Shown: positions 39,136 through 51,023, numbered from the stretch's first letter. The stretch: 64,000 bases of DNA from Emiliania huxleyi CCMP1516 (GCF_000372725.1 NW_005201360.1:270881-334880), one strand, 5' to 3'. Translations and numbers: made by a program. The notes: generated by a model from the sequence alone, not told the origin.

Positions 39136-40918
39136 ATGCTGGCGGCTGTCGTAGCCTCCGCGGCGCTATCCTGGGCTCCCACCCTGCTTGCGCCGCACCA
39201 CGCGCCCAGCCCGCACACCCGCCATGCACCGGTGACGGCGCTCGCGGCCAAAGCCAAGCGAAAAGGCGGCAAGAAAAGTCCGGCGGCGGGCGGCGGCGGC
39301 GGCGGCGGCTTTGGACAAAAGGCTGCGGATGTGGCGGCGCCGGCTCCGACGCCGGCCGAGCTACTCAAGAAGTCGATGGAGCTCTACGACGAGATCAAGA
39401 AGGATCTCCGCGCCACGGTGAGCGATGACGACGACGACGCCGACGACACACCCGTGGACCCGGCCGACGACTATTCCGTGACAGAGTATGTGGTGACGGT
39501 ACGGCTGACGGCCGACTGTGCGAGCGAGGCGGCGGATGCCTTCTCGGACTGGGTCCCCGTCTGCATCATGAACCTCAAGTCGAGCAACCGCGCCGACACG
39601 CGCCAGCTGCTGCCGCAGGCGCATTTGCACTCTGCACCGCTTGGCGCCGCCACCCACGCTGCCACCAGCGCCGCCTCCTATACCACCTCCTGGACCACCA
39701 CCACAAATTGCGGCACCAGCGCCAGCACCCACAATGGCAGCGATGGCTTCAGCGCCAGCGCCAGCCGAGAGAGAGGAGCGGCGGCGGCGACAGCAGCGCC
39801 GCGACAGCAGCGCCGGCGGCAGCAGCGCCGGCGACAGCCGCGCCGGCGGCAGCAGCGGCGGCGACAGCACTTGGAGAGAGGAGAGCCCATGCGGTGCCGT
39901 CCGCAGTCCGCCGTGGGCAAGGAGGTCCCCTCCCTCCCCTCCCGGCCCTGTTCTCCATCGGGCCTCTCCTGTCAGGCGGTTGGCGCCTCGTGCAAGGAGA
40001 TCCTCGAGGCGGGCTGCCAGTCGGTGACGGTGCTGCGCAAGGCGCCGCGCACGTCGGTGGAGCGACGCGCGCGAGAGAGGACGGTGCGGCGTGGGGGCCG
40101 CGCCTCCTCATCCCTCGCGCTCGGTGAGCAGGTGGAGTACGCGTACGAGCCAATCGACTCGTACAACTCGCACGTGTACGAGGGGCTCTTCTCGCGCGGC
40201 GACCGCAGGGCGGAGGCGCTGGAGGCGCTGGGGGTGGGCGCGGGGGCGGACGCGGCGGAGGTGAAGCGGCGGCACCGCAAGCTGATGATGGAGCTGCACC
40301 CCGACCGGTGCGAGGAGGGCCGAGAGAAGGGATGGGCAGGGGCGAGAGCGGAAGGGCGGGGAGAGGGAGGGAGGGAAGAGGGGGGGAGGCGAGGGCGGAG
40401 GGAGACGCAGCCGCCCGCCGAGAGAGAGGCCTCGCCGAGAGTGCGCGGTCACCCGCGGTTGGCCCGACGGCTGTAGCTTCGTCGGCGATGAGGAGGGGGC
40501 GGCGGCGGCAAACGAGCGGATGATCCGCGTGCAGCAGGCGTGCGAGGCAGCGCGGCGGCGCGACGCGTCCGCGGCGCGTCCGTGACGGGTCCGCGATCGC
40601 TCACAGGCGTACGAGGAGCTCGGCGGGGGGACGGGCGGCGCGAGCTCGGCGTACGCGGGCATCGGCGGGAAGGCGCGCGTCGACTTTTCGGACGCGCTCG
40701 ACAAGGGCGCGCTCTCGCCGCTTGGGAAGCGGAGGATCGGGCAGGACCTGCCCGTCGAGCTGGAGGGGTGGAGGGTGGGCGCCCGCCGTCCGGTCCGCGC
40801 CCTGCGAGCGCGCGCGCCTCCACTTGCCCCTCCCGCCTGCGGACAGGTTGGCGTCTTCCCGCTCGAGCCGAGCGTGAGCCAGGAGTTCACGCTCCGCAAC
40901 GTGATGGCCAAGGCGTGA
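39136..40918 (+). CDS. DnaJ-domain protein, probably plastid-targeted, multi-exon
   Basis: Signal-like MLAAVVASAALSWAP plus basic transit-like region; J-domain ALEALGVGAGADAAEVKRRHRKLMMELHPDR...RMIRVQQAYEEL. Confidence 0.85.
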
Positions 40919-41233
40919 GGGGCGGGGGCGGGGGGGGTGCGGAGGAGGCGAGGAGCCAGGACGCAGGAGCGCATGCTTGCGCACGTGCTCGCTCGAGGCG
41001 CGCACGCACACGGGCACAGAGCGATCGGCCAGCGTGGCCGTGAGCAGAGCCCCCGGACATCCCACACTGTCTCGTTGAGGGTGCGACCTAGAGGATCTCT
41101 CTTTTTTTTCTGCGCTCCGTCAGTACTACCAGAGCACACTTGAGGGAGGCGCGTGTTGTTATGTTATTCGCATTTCACCTCGCATGCCACAGCTCCCAGA
41201 ACCTCCAGCGCGCAGCGGCCGGGCGGCTCGCCA

Positions 41234-42178
41234 TCAGCCCCTCTCACCGCGCAGCTCCCTCAGTGCTCGGTCGATGTGCTGCGCGATCTGCTCCCTCTCC
41301 GCCTTGAGGCTGCCCGCCGGCAGGCCGAGCCGCTCCTCGACCGCCGCCCGCACGAGTCGCGGTGTCAGCAGGTCGAGATCGCTCTCCCTGACAATCCGCG
41401 CGACCGCCCCACCAAGTTCACTCCTCCCCCCCGCCGCCGCCGCCGACCCCTCCCCTCCTCTCCTCGCCGCTTCGCCGCTCGGCACGGCCCGCTCAGCCCG
41501 TGCGCCCGCCCGATGGCGCTTCAAGGGCGCCGCAGCGCGCCCCTGCCCCTCCCCCTCCTCCTCCCCGCTGGAGCGGTCGTCGTCCACGCGCCGCACCCGA
41601 GCCTTCCGTCGCGGAGCGCCGCCGCTGCAGCGCTCCGTCGCCTTGGCCGGCCTAGCCGGCCTGGCTGCCTTGGGAGGCGGTGCCTTGGCAGCTGCCGCAG
41701 CCTCCTCTCCTCCGCCGCCGCCGCCGCCTCCCGGCCTCTCTGCCGCCGCCCGCGCGGCACAGAGCGCATCGCAGAACTCATGCTTCTCGAGCAGCCCCGC
41801 TGTGCGCACGCCGCGCCGCAGCAGCTCCGCCTTGACCTCGCCCAGTGGCATCCGATCCACCGGCCGATCGGACTTATCCGTGCAGCGCGGGCAGAGCCAG
41901 CACCCGGCCGGCACGGATAGCAGCGGTGGTGAGAGGCAGCGGAGGTGGTGCGCGGCGCGGCAGCCCGCCCCATCGCACAGCAGCAGGTCGTTGCCCTCCT
42001 CGTCGTCAAACTCGCCACAGACGGCGCACGCGACGTCCTGCTCAGGGTCCTCGTAGTAGCGCGCCGAGAGGAGCGCCGCCTGGAGCTCGCTCTTCTCCAG
42101 AAGGCACGAGATGTCGATGCGGCGGCGCCGGCACTCCGCCTTGAGCGCGGCGACGTCGAGCGCGGCGATGGCCGTCAT
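41234..42178 (-). CDS. PHD-finger protein with two SAP-like motifs and a C-terminal DEK-C-like domain, intronless
   Basis: CAVC...LLLCDGAGC..HHLRCLSPPL..VPAGCWLCPRC; LKAEC..RIDISCLLEKSEL and VKAEL..RGVRTAGLLEKHEF; IVRESDLDLLTPRLVRAAVEERLGL. Confidence 0.85.
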   Translation of the reverse strand: MTAIAALDVAALKAECRRRRIDISCLLEKSELQAALLSARYYEDPEQDVACAVCGEFDDEEGNDLLLCDGAGCRAAHHLRCLSPPLLSVPAGCWLCPRCTDKSDRPVDRMPLGEVKAELLRRGVRTAGLLEKHEFCDALCAARAAAERPGGGGGGGGEEAAAAAKAPPPKAARPARPAKATERCSGGAPRRKARVRRVDDDRSSGEEEGEGQGRAAAPLKRHRAGARAERAVPSGEAARRGGEGSAAAAGGRSELGGAVARIVRESDLDLLTPRLVRAAVEERLGLPAGSLKAEREQIAQHIDRALRELRGERG

Positions 42179-42958
42179 ATATGCAAACTATAACCGTGAC
42201 TCGAGTATGCTCTAATGCACTGGCCGTCGCGACGCAGGGCTACCAACAATCGACAGAAGAATTCTACGAATACAAGCCCCTCTCACAGCAGAAGTCTGGG
42301 AATGCTCACAACCGCAGACTGTGTGCTGCGGCGCAAGAGGAGGGCACCTTTGCCGAGTGGCTCGACGAGCTGCCGTTTGAGGTGGCCGCGGCAACCGCCC
42401 GGCTGCTCAAGCACCACGCGCGCTCCGGAGCGTGGATCGAGATCACTCACTCCCGGCAGCCCTAGCCAGGCCCGGCGCGCTGGCCGCGACCGCGACCGCG
42501 GCCCTCACTTGAGCCCGAACTGCCCGCCGGTCATGTCGGAACCGTCCGACACCTCTGTCAAGAGTCCCCAGAAACCCGAGGAGTCACACAGTCCACCTGT
42601 GTGATGCACGCCCTGTGAGCGGGGCGGGGTGCGCACTGTACCTCTGTGTTCGTGCGTTGCCCATCTCTACGGGAGATGACTGCTCTATTTATTTATTTAT
42701 TGTGTCTTGTGAGCCTGTTTGTGTCTGTGTGTCGCTCGTGCGTGTCGTCATCATCTGTCCAGCGTCCACCCATACCGCGTTGGTGTCCAGTCCGAGCCTG
42801 GCTGTTCTTCACCTTCCTTCCTACCTAGTACCTCTCTCCCTACCTACCTACCTAATACGGACTAGCAGAAAGCACATGCGCGGCCGGGGCCCTCCTTCGG
42901 CTCGTCTGTTTTCTTTCTTCTTTTCATCGAGGCGGACGTCAGCAACTTCTCTTTACGC

Positions 42959-45202
42959 ACCTAGGGGGTTGTATCAGAGGGGGGGGGGGGGGGGGGTTGT
43001 GCCGGGTTGAGGGGTGAGGCAAGGCGGCCCAGATCTGCTCGTCTCACAGAGGGTACCCTCTGTGCCAAGAGAGGCCATCTACGAGCGGCTCAGAGGGTGC
43101 CTGGGCCGACCCTCTGAAGGCCTGTGCCGCCAAGCCAGCCTCTCTCGGCGCAGCCTCTGAGGCTACGGGGACCCTCTGAGACGCCAAGGCAAGCCCCGCG
43201 AGGCCGCTCCTCAGAGGGTTTTTTCAGCGGTATTTCAAAAGTCTGTCGTGATCCCCCACCAAGCAGAGAGAACCCCCCCAGTTTCCATTTTTCGGATACC
43301 TCAAGTTCGAGTTCACGCGCGACGCGGACGCCGTGGCGCCTCATGGCCAAGCTGGAGCAGGGGACGGACGTGGAGATCACTACCTCCTCCTCGGGCGGCC
43401 GCTCCAAGCACATCCTCAAGTTGACGGGTCGGCGCCGCGGGCCGCGCGAAGCTGTCGCGCAGGGCTCGGCGCGGGCGCTGTGAGCCTGCAGCAGCAGTCA
43501 GTAAGCGTGTGTGGTGCCGGGCGCTCGAGCATAGCGTAGCGCCTTGGTCATGCTCGCTGCTTAAAGTCATGCTACCACCCCTCCCCGCCCTCACTGGTCA
43601 GCGCCATTCGTGGAGGGCTAGGCAGCTCCGGCCTCCGCCCGGGGCTCTCGCCTCTCTCTGCCGTGAGGGGGCAACCCTCCTGAGGTCAAAGCCCTCTGTG
43701 CCGCGCCAAGACAGACCCTCGGCCAGGGACCCTCTGAGGCCAAAATCAGCCAAGAGAGACCACAGAGGCGGCACAGAGTCAGAGTCAAACCCTCTGTGCC
43801 GCCAACCAAGCCTGGGGTCCGACGGTCTCTCTTTCGCTACGTGTTCGACGTCGTCGAACAACGTTCGACCATGGCACTGTTCACAGCGCGCGCGGACGGC
43901 CGTTCTGCGAGTCCCGCTCCGCTGGACTTTTGTAAAGCACGCTTGTGGCAAGTTACAGACGCTAGTATCGACCTCAGGGACCCAAACATGAATTAATAAT
44001 TAAGGCTCAAAGTATGGTCGAACAACCGTCGAACAAACAGGTCGAACAACGAAAAGAGACTAGTGCGACCGCTAGACGGCGGTCTCCGCCGGCCCCAAGG
44101 CTGCCCAGCCCCAGTACCACACCGGCCACGTACACCGTGGCGCTGGAGTCGGTCAGTGAGGCACTAGACGGGCTACGGAACCATGCGCGCGCCGGCCGGA
44201 CAGGCTGCGCGCAGGGGCCGCGCCGACTCGATTTCGCACCTCCGCTCCGCGGCCGGCTGAGGGGCTAGCTCGCCCGGCGACAAGCCCAGCCATCGCCCAG
44301 CGCCCCGTATCGACGGGGGGCACGCAAAAAAACCGCACCTACGACTAGGGTGAGCACGTGAGGGCGTCGGTGTGGGCCGCGGGCGGGCTGCCAGGAGGGC
44401 GCGGGTGGGAGCATGGGAGATGCACCACCGCTCGACGAAGACGCGCCCGACGAAGCCCTGCTAGCGGAGGATGGTCGGTCCTCACCTACTAGCGTCGGGC
44501 GTGTGCGAAAAAAAGCGCAAATCGGAGCTCAACTCGCGCGCGGCTGGGAAAGGGGTGTGGCACCCCTCCGAAGGCGCCTCGCGAGGAGCAGCTGCTGCCT
44601 CCAAACGCGCTCGGGCAGCACGTCGGCGCGCCTGCGGGGTGGGTAGAGGTGAAACTATGCTTGCTGACACGCGCATCCCGCACCACCCCCACGTCCGCGC
44701 GCACCATGCCGCCATCCCACCTCACAGCCAAGCGCCATCGCCGTCGGACGCGGCGACGCCGAGCGGTGGCCTCGCAGACGACGAGCGCGATGAGGCCGCC
44801 GCGCCGCCGGGGTGGCCGGCGCGTGCCAGCCGCTGGCCCGTCCAGCGTGGCGGGACCGGCTCGCCCATCCTGGCCCGCGCGCTTGCCGACGCGAGAAGAT
44901 CGCGCGAGAGGGCAAAATGTGGCAAAAATGGCCCTGTTTGCAAACCTTCACGGCGACTTCACGTCGGAACGAGTCGGATCGACGACTCGCCGCCTGCACC
45001 AGCGTGTGCGCCTTGCAATTCTATACAGAATCGATACTTGGTACGTCTTCTCAATCGCTCGTGGAGAGGATCTACGGCCATTCTCCACTTGTGTTCGACG
45101 ATGTCGAACAATGTTCGACATCGTCGAACACGATCGAGTAACCGCCGACCCGTCCTCGGAGGGGGGTCTGAGGCCTCAGAGAGTGAACAACGACCCCCTA
45201 GT
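42959..45202. mobile_element. Non-autonomous DNA transposon, about 2.2 kb
   Basis: Flanking direct repeat CTTTACGC at 42951-42958 and 45203-45210; ends ACCTAGGGGGTTGT / ACGACCCCCTAGT; many internal CAGAGG/CCTCTG and GTCGAACA motifs; no transposase ORF recognised. Confidence 0.75.
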
Positions 45203-45390
45203 CTTTACGCCCCTGGCCGATTTGCGTGCAGCCGAGTTGGCGAACCAAGCGGCTAAAAAGCCCTTCTCCCTTTTTGTCTTTTGGGCCGGCACCAAGTGTT
45301 CACAGGAAGCGTGATAGCTAGATTTCCTCAATCAAGTGTTCCGGCGCCGGGGGCAAGCCGAAGCTCTCTCCGCCCTCTCTCTCTGCGAGC

Positions 45391-46204
45391 ATGGAGGCCA
45401 TGAAGCTCCCGTACGACTGCCGGGGCATGCCGGCTTACGAGACCGAGGTGGACGGCTGGACGGTCGGTCCCGTCCTCTCCAAGCTGCACATGTCCGACGA
45501 GGGGCTGTATGACCGAATGCTCTCCACAGCCCGCGGCTCCCCGACGGCTGCAATCGTGGTTGACGGCGAGGGCCGCATCATCGCACTGAATGAGGCGTGG
45601 ACGGCGCTTTGCGGCTACAGCCCAAACGAGGCGCTCCACCAGAGCCCCAAGATCCTGCAGGGAGACGCGACCGACGCGGCCAAGGCGCGGCGCTTCTCCG
45701 ACGAGGTCCGCGAGTGTGGCTCCGCCCGAACGATCCTCGCCAACTACTCCAAGGGCGGCGATCCGTTTGCCCACCAGCTGCGCAGCACAAAGGTGTGCAG
45801 CCGGCAGGGGGACTCCACGTACTACTTCACAGAGTCCGAGGCGGTGGCGGACAAGGCGATCGAGCGGGCGGTGCTCGACGGGGAAGTGTATCGGTGTGCG
45901 CTCCTCTTAGACGTTCAGACGCGCCTCTCAGACACGCCCCCACCGCCCGGCCCCACTTTGTTTCAGGCTGAGCGGCGAGTCGGACGCCTTCGCCGCGCTC
46001 GGAGTCATTACCCTCACAGCCTGCCTCCTCGGCCTCGCCCGCCTCGCCTCGCTGGCGGACGGCGCCTCGATCGAGATTTTCGCCACGCTCGGCGCCATCA
46101 TCGTCCTCGGTGCGGGCGGCGCCCTCCTGCTGGGCGCGCACGAGGCGGCCAGCATCGCGCTGCGCCAGGCGGGCCGCGTGTACGTCGTGGACGGGTACGA
46201 CTAG
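45391..46204 (+). CDS. PAS (LOV-like) domain protein with probable C-terminal two-helix membrane anchor
   Basis: AIVVDGEGRIIALNEAWTALCGYSPNEALHQSPKILQG..TD...ILANYSKGGDPF; putative second exon FAALGVITLTACLLGLA...IFATLGAIIVLGAGGALLLGA..YD*; splice junction uncertain. Confidence 0.75.
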
Positions 46205-46501
46205 CGAGGCCGCGCAGGCGCGCGCTTGAGGGCCCCCCCCCGTGCCGCGTGCTCATCGGTTGAAGCCGCTGGCGGTGTGCCCGGAGCAAAAAGTAATGTT
46301 GCAGCATTGCTAGATTGCTAGGTGCTAGGTGCGACTCGCCGCTCCTTGCGTGGATGTGTCTCTTCTTTAAACACACCTACAAACAATCATCTATCCCTCG
46401 CCATCGCATTCACTGATCGGAACATGCAACATCGGCTCGCTAGAGTCCACGTTCCCAAGGACGCACGACGCAAGCGAAAAGGAAGTCAGACCACCGAAGC
46501 A

Positions 46502-47419
46502 ATGGGTGCCTGCAGCTCCAAGTCGACCAACAACATCGCCGACCCGGTGATGCAGCCGGAGCAGATCAACACTCGCGCCGACGCCACCACCGTCGACACC
46601 ACGCCCGACGCCGTGCCCGCCGAGACGTACGCCGCCGACGCGGCGGCCGCACCCTCGGCCATGACGCCCAAGGCAGAGGAGCCGCCTGCAGAGGATCCCA
46701 AGGACGAGGCCGCGGCCGAGGAGATTGCAGCTGAGGAGGGAACTGCCGAGGCGGCCGACGAGATGCCTCCGCCGACCGAGCCGGTCAAGTCGTCCTCCAT
46801 CCTGGGCCAGGTGGTCGACTACCTCTCGGGCCGCAAGTCTGAGCCTGCTGTCGAGGAGACCGAGGCGGTCGAGACGGCGGAGGCCGACGCGCCTGCGGCG
46901 GAGACGGAGCAGCCGGTCGCACGTGCGCTGATTGAGGCGGTCGATGCGGTCGCCGAGAGGGACGACGCCGAGCAAGAGGAGGCTCGCGTCGAGTGGCGGG
47001 CATACGCCCTGTCGGCGGGAGAGGCGGGCCTCGCCCGCGAGATGAGCGTCACGCCAGAGGAGCTTGCTGAGGTTGAGGCACGGCTCGCCTACAGCCACGC
47101 GGCGGCGGCCGAGGCGGCCGAGGCCGAGGCCGCGGCTCCGGAGCCTGCGGCCGAGGCTGCGCCTGAGGCTGCTCCCGAGACAGCGCCCGAGGCGGCGGTC
47201 GAGGCGGCGCCCGCGGTCGCTCCCGAGGAGGAGGAGGAGGAGCCGCCGACGCTGATCCAGAAGCTGTCCAAGGCCTTCTCGAACCTCCTGCCCGCCCCGC
47301 CGAAGTGCATGCCCGCCCGCCCCGCGCTTGACGAGGAGCCGGCCGACGCCCCGGCGTCCGCCGTGCCGGCCGCGGCGCAGTGGGGCACCAAGCGCATCAG
47401 CCAGCAGCACTGGAAGTAG
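46502..47419 (+). CDS. Acidic Ala/Glu/Pro-rich protein with N-terminal MGxCxS dual-acylation motif, intronless
   Basis: ATG at 46502 gives MGACSSKS; GC3-rich codons run to TAG at 47419. Confidence 0.75.
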   Translation: MGACSSKSTNNIADPVMQPEQINTRADATTVDTTPDAVPAETYAADAAAAPSAMTPKAEEPPAEDPKDEAAAEEIAAEEGTAEAADEMPPPTEPVKSSSILGQVVDYLSGRKSEPAVEETEAVETAEADAPAAETEQPVARALIEAVDAVAERDDAEQEEARVEWRAYALSAGEAGLAREMSVTPEELAEVEARLAYSHAAAAEAAEAEAAAPEPAAEAAPEAAPETAPEAAVEAAPAVAPEEEEEEPPTLIQKLSKAFSNLLPAPPKCMPARPALDEEPADAPASAVPAAAQWGTKRISQQHWK

Positions 47420-48225
47420 ATACTTAGAACTATGTGTTTGCTGTAGAAATATAATGCCGCGGCACCCGACCCCTACAAGTTCTCTTCTCCCCGCACAGAG
47501 CGACGGTGTCCTCGATGAGCGCTCACAGACACAGTACTTTGTTGTGTGAGCGGACACAGCGTTGTCGTGGAGCACAGCGCGCATCACGTCCGGGGTCCTC
47601 CGGTCGAGCTCGCACAGTGGCACTGTTGACCGTCAGTGGAGCCTGGTGGCGTTTTTTATCACTCACGATAAAAGTACGGGCCAAGTCTATGTCGAGTGCT
47701 CTGCGCGCGCGGCCGGCGCCGCGGTCAAACTCAAAGTAGCTACAAAGAGCACTCGCTCGCAGAGCCCAACCTCGGATCGATCGGATGTACTGAATGCGCG
47801 GTCGGCGATTTGTCTTTTGAACTAACTGGTCCCCACATCAATTTAAACTACAGACTTATGCATCTCGTGACTGCGTGACTACAGAATAAATAAAAATGAG
47901 ATACAATATCATGACACTTGACAGAGACATTCTAGAGTCACGTTGTACAGATGCGGACTACAGCGCGAGAAGAGAGGCAAAGAGTAGAGTCACGCAGAGC
48001 CGGCCGGGCGCGGGGCCGGCGGCGCCGCACGCAGAGCCAGAGGGGTGTGTCAGAACGTTCCTCCACAAGAGCCTGTGAACCTTCGTGCGGGCGACTTTTC
48101 GAAGCGTGGGCGCATCGTGGGGCTCGCTCGCGCGCCGCCGCACGCGAGATCAGAAGAAGGCCGACGGCCACGAGGGTCGGATAAGGCACGAGACGAGCGA
48201 GACGGCCCCGCCGCCAAGCGCGGGG

Positions 48226-51023
48226 TCAAACCGATTGCGTGGCTAGCGGAGGCGCGGGCAAGTCGAACTCGAGCACCTGGCCCGGCCCGCACCCCTCCGG
48301 CACGACAATCTCAAACTCGCCGCCCGAGGAGGTGGCGACGTGCACGGGCGTTCCCGCCGCCGCGCCCGCAGGCAGCGTGATCTGCATGCGCTCGGTGCGT
48401 GCAGGAGGCGGCTGATACACCGCCGGCTTCTCTTGGGTGGGCTGGCCGGGGTAGACAGCGGCTCGGCCGGGCGATGCGGCGGTAGCAGAGGCAGCGGCGG
48501 AGGCGGCGGCGGCGGCGGCGGCTGTGGCGGCGGCGGCGGCGGTCGCCTCGGGGAGCTGCACGACGATTGCAGCCTCCTATGAGTGACACACGGCCCCCCA
48601 CAGAGTCGGCACATTCTCGGAGGGGGAGGGCTCTAGCGGCTGGGCGGCGGGCGGGCCCTCGCCTCCTCTGCCGACCCCGTCGCCGGCCTCGCTTGCACCA
48701 ACGCTGCGTCTGCCGCCTGCGAAACGCCGCTAGCCGACCTGCGAGGCGCCTCTGCCGACCCTTCCTCGGCCGACCTGCGAAACGCCGCTTGCGCCTCTGC
48801 CACGTCCTCCTGGTCGAGCTTATCGATCTTGCCCGTGGTGTGAACAACGTCGAGGAAGTGCTGGAAGTTGAGCGAGTCGCCGCCCTCGAGGATGTCCATG
48901 AACTCCTTGAAGTCGAGCAGTCGGTCGCTCTTCTTGCTCTTGCGCAGGATCGTGCGCGCCAGCATGAGCGCCTTCTCCTGGTCCAGGCCGGGCACCTGCC
49001 GGAGCACGGGGCGCCGATGTGGGCAGAGGGCGGGAGGTGCGCGTCGGAGAGACTGTGCGTCGGTGTTGCGTCGGAGAGGTGTGCGTTGGAGGGGCGCGAA
49101 GGAGGGCACGGAGGAGGGCGCGAGGGAGGGCACGGAGGAGCGGCAGGGAGCGGCGGAGGCTCGCGCCCTGGCGAAGACCGAGACGATGTCTGCGACGGTG
49201 ATCATGCCGTTCTGCGACTTGTCCAACTTGTAGTACCAGTCGACTGCGATTGCCGCACGGAGGCCGAGCTGCGCAAACGTCTGCAACATCTTGGGGTGAT
49301 CAGCTCCGGCTCGCGCGCGACGCTCCCACTAAACTCGCTTGTGGGGCTTTTCGCGCCTGCCGCTTTGAGATCCTCTCGGAGCGCTTGCCCTGCAGCACGG
49401 TCGAGATGCCGTTGGGGAGCAAGTAGAAGGCGACAGCGTCCATGAGGAGCGAGAGAAGCTGGAAGAAGACGACGGTGGCGATCACCGTCGTGAGGGCGTG
49501 GTTCCAGTCGAAATGGTAGAGCGAGCCTGCGTTGTGAACACACCAAGGTCAGGGCGGGAATACGGGTGTCGTGTGGATACAACGGCGGCACACCAAGGTC
49601 AGGGCGGGAATACGGGTGTCGTGTGGATACAACGGCGGACGGGATGGAACACGGAGAGGTGTGTTGGGCATCTGGGAGTGCGGGCCCATCGCCACGAACT
49701 CGATGACGACGCCCTGCCGGTATCGGATCACCTTTGCCCCTGTCTCGACGCCCTCGGCGCTGACAGACGGCATTTCCGCGAACCAGACCTGAGGACCCAT
49801 CCCCGCCCACCCGACCTCGGCGCGCACGACCTGCATCTGTGCGTCCACCTGCCGGTTAAGGAGGATCTCGGCGTGCTCGTCGTCGAGGTTGTCGTACCTA
49901 CAGGGAGGCTCCGAGAAGGCTCCGGGAAGGCTCCTCGGCCACTGTGGTCGTCGCCGCCGAGGGGCTGTCTTGTGCTTGAGCTCGACGTTGAGCCGGAGGC
50001 CGGTGATGCGGAACTGAGGGAAGGGGAGGCGGCGGGGAAGTAAACACCTCCGCTCACACAGTGTGGTGGGGCAAGGCGGGGTGGGTGGGTGGGGGGAGGG
50101 GGAGGGGTTCTCCCCGCACACCTGAGGGAAGCCGTCGTCGCCCGGCCTTCTGTCCTGGGTGGCGTCAGTGTTGGTGTCGTCGAGGTCGAGCTCGGCGAGC
50201 AGGACGTAGTCGCGGAGACGCATCACGATGGGGTCGCCCGCCTAACCAATGCCCGACTCATTCCTCAATCAGAGTGGTCGCGGAGACGCATCAGGCGATC
50301 GCCAGCAGCCTGGAAGGTCCGCTCCGTGCCGTTGGGGTATGTGATCGTGGTCGAGAGGGGGTGCTCGGCGCAGGTCTTGTCTCCCTGCGTGTCGGCGCAG
50401 CTCTTGTGGTTGGACACGCCGCTCAGGTCGATGCGGGAGGAGCCGCTGGTGAAGTACGAGTGCTCAAAGGCGACCTGCAGCTCCTCCACACCCTTGACGT
50501 AGTACGTCTGGCTCGTGGCGCAGCTGCACTGCCGACCCGCGTTCGTGCGGTCCACAACCGCGCCGCCACAGCTGGCTTCTTTGGCGCGCGTCGCCGCACT
50601 CTGGTTGCCGCACTCCCACGAGTACTCGTACGTCTCTATGATGGACGTTGTGAAGGATATCGAGCCAATACCTTTCGTGACGATCTCCTCGGGCTGAAGA
50701 TTGCGGCACTCGGGCATGATGTACTCATAGTTGGACGAGTAGACGTAGTTGTGATCCGGGCTGGCGCAGTAAGAGTAGTATTCGCTCGAGCGGTTGAGAG
50801 TCGGCGCGAAGCCGTAGCGCCCTCCATCCTCCCACGCGTTCACCACGCCAAGCGGCCGCTCGCTAGCCGCCCACGAGTTTGAGGTGATGACGGTGGCGAT
50901 GAAGGCAACTATAATGCCGGTCTGCAGAATCCGGTTGGTGAGGCCGACTTGCCAGATGTCGACGCGGACGTGGCGCGCGGTGCGGTAGTAGAGGTAGGGC
51001 TTGATGCGGTCGAACAGGCTCAT
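48226..51023 (-). CDS. P2X-receptor-like two-TM channel with cytoplasmic EF-hand region, multi-exon
   Basis: N-terminal YYRTARHVRV..WQVGLTNRILQTGII (P2X Y.T.K/R..V...G...R..Q plus TM1); Cys-rich ectodomain; YRQGVVIEFVAMGSLYHFD plus TM2; EF loop DKSQNGMITVAD. Confidence 0.75.
49539..49638. repeat. Perfect 50-bp tandem duplication in a P2X-like intron
   Basis: CACACCAAGGTCAGGGCGGGAATACGGGTGTCGTGTGGATACAACGGCGG twice. Confidence 0.95.

Noticed and set aside
42181..42465. 94-aa ORF divergent from the PHD gene
   Set aside because: No recognisable motif, and its ATG is only 2 bp from the PHD gene start; unsupported.
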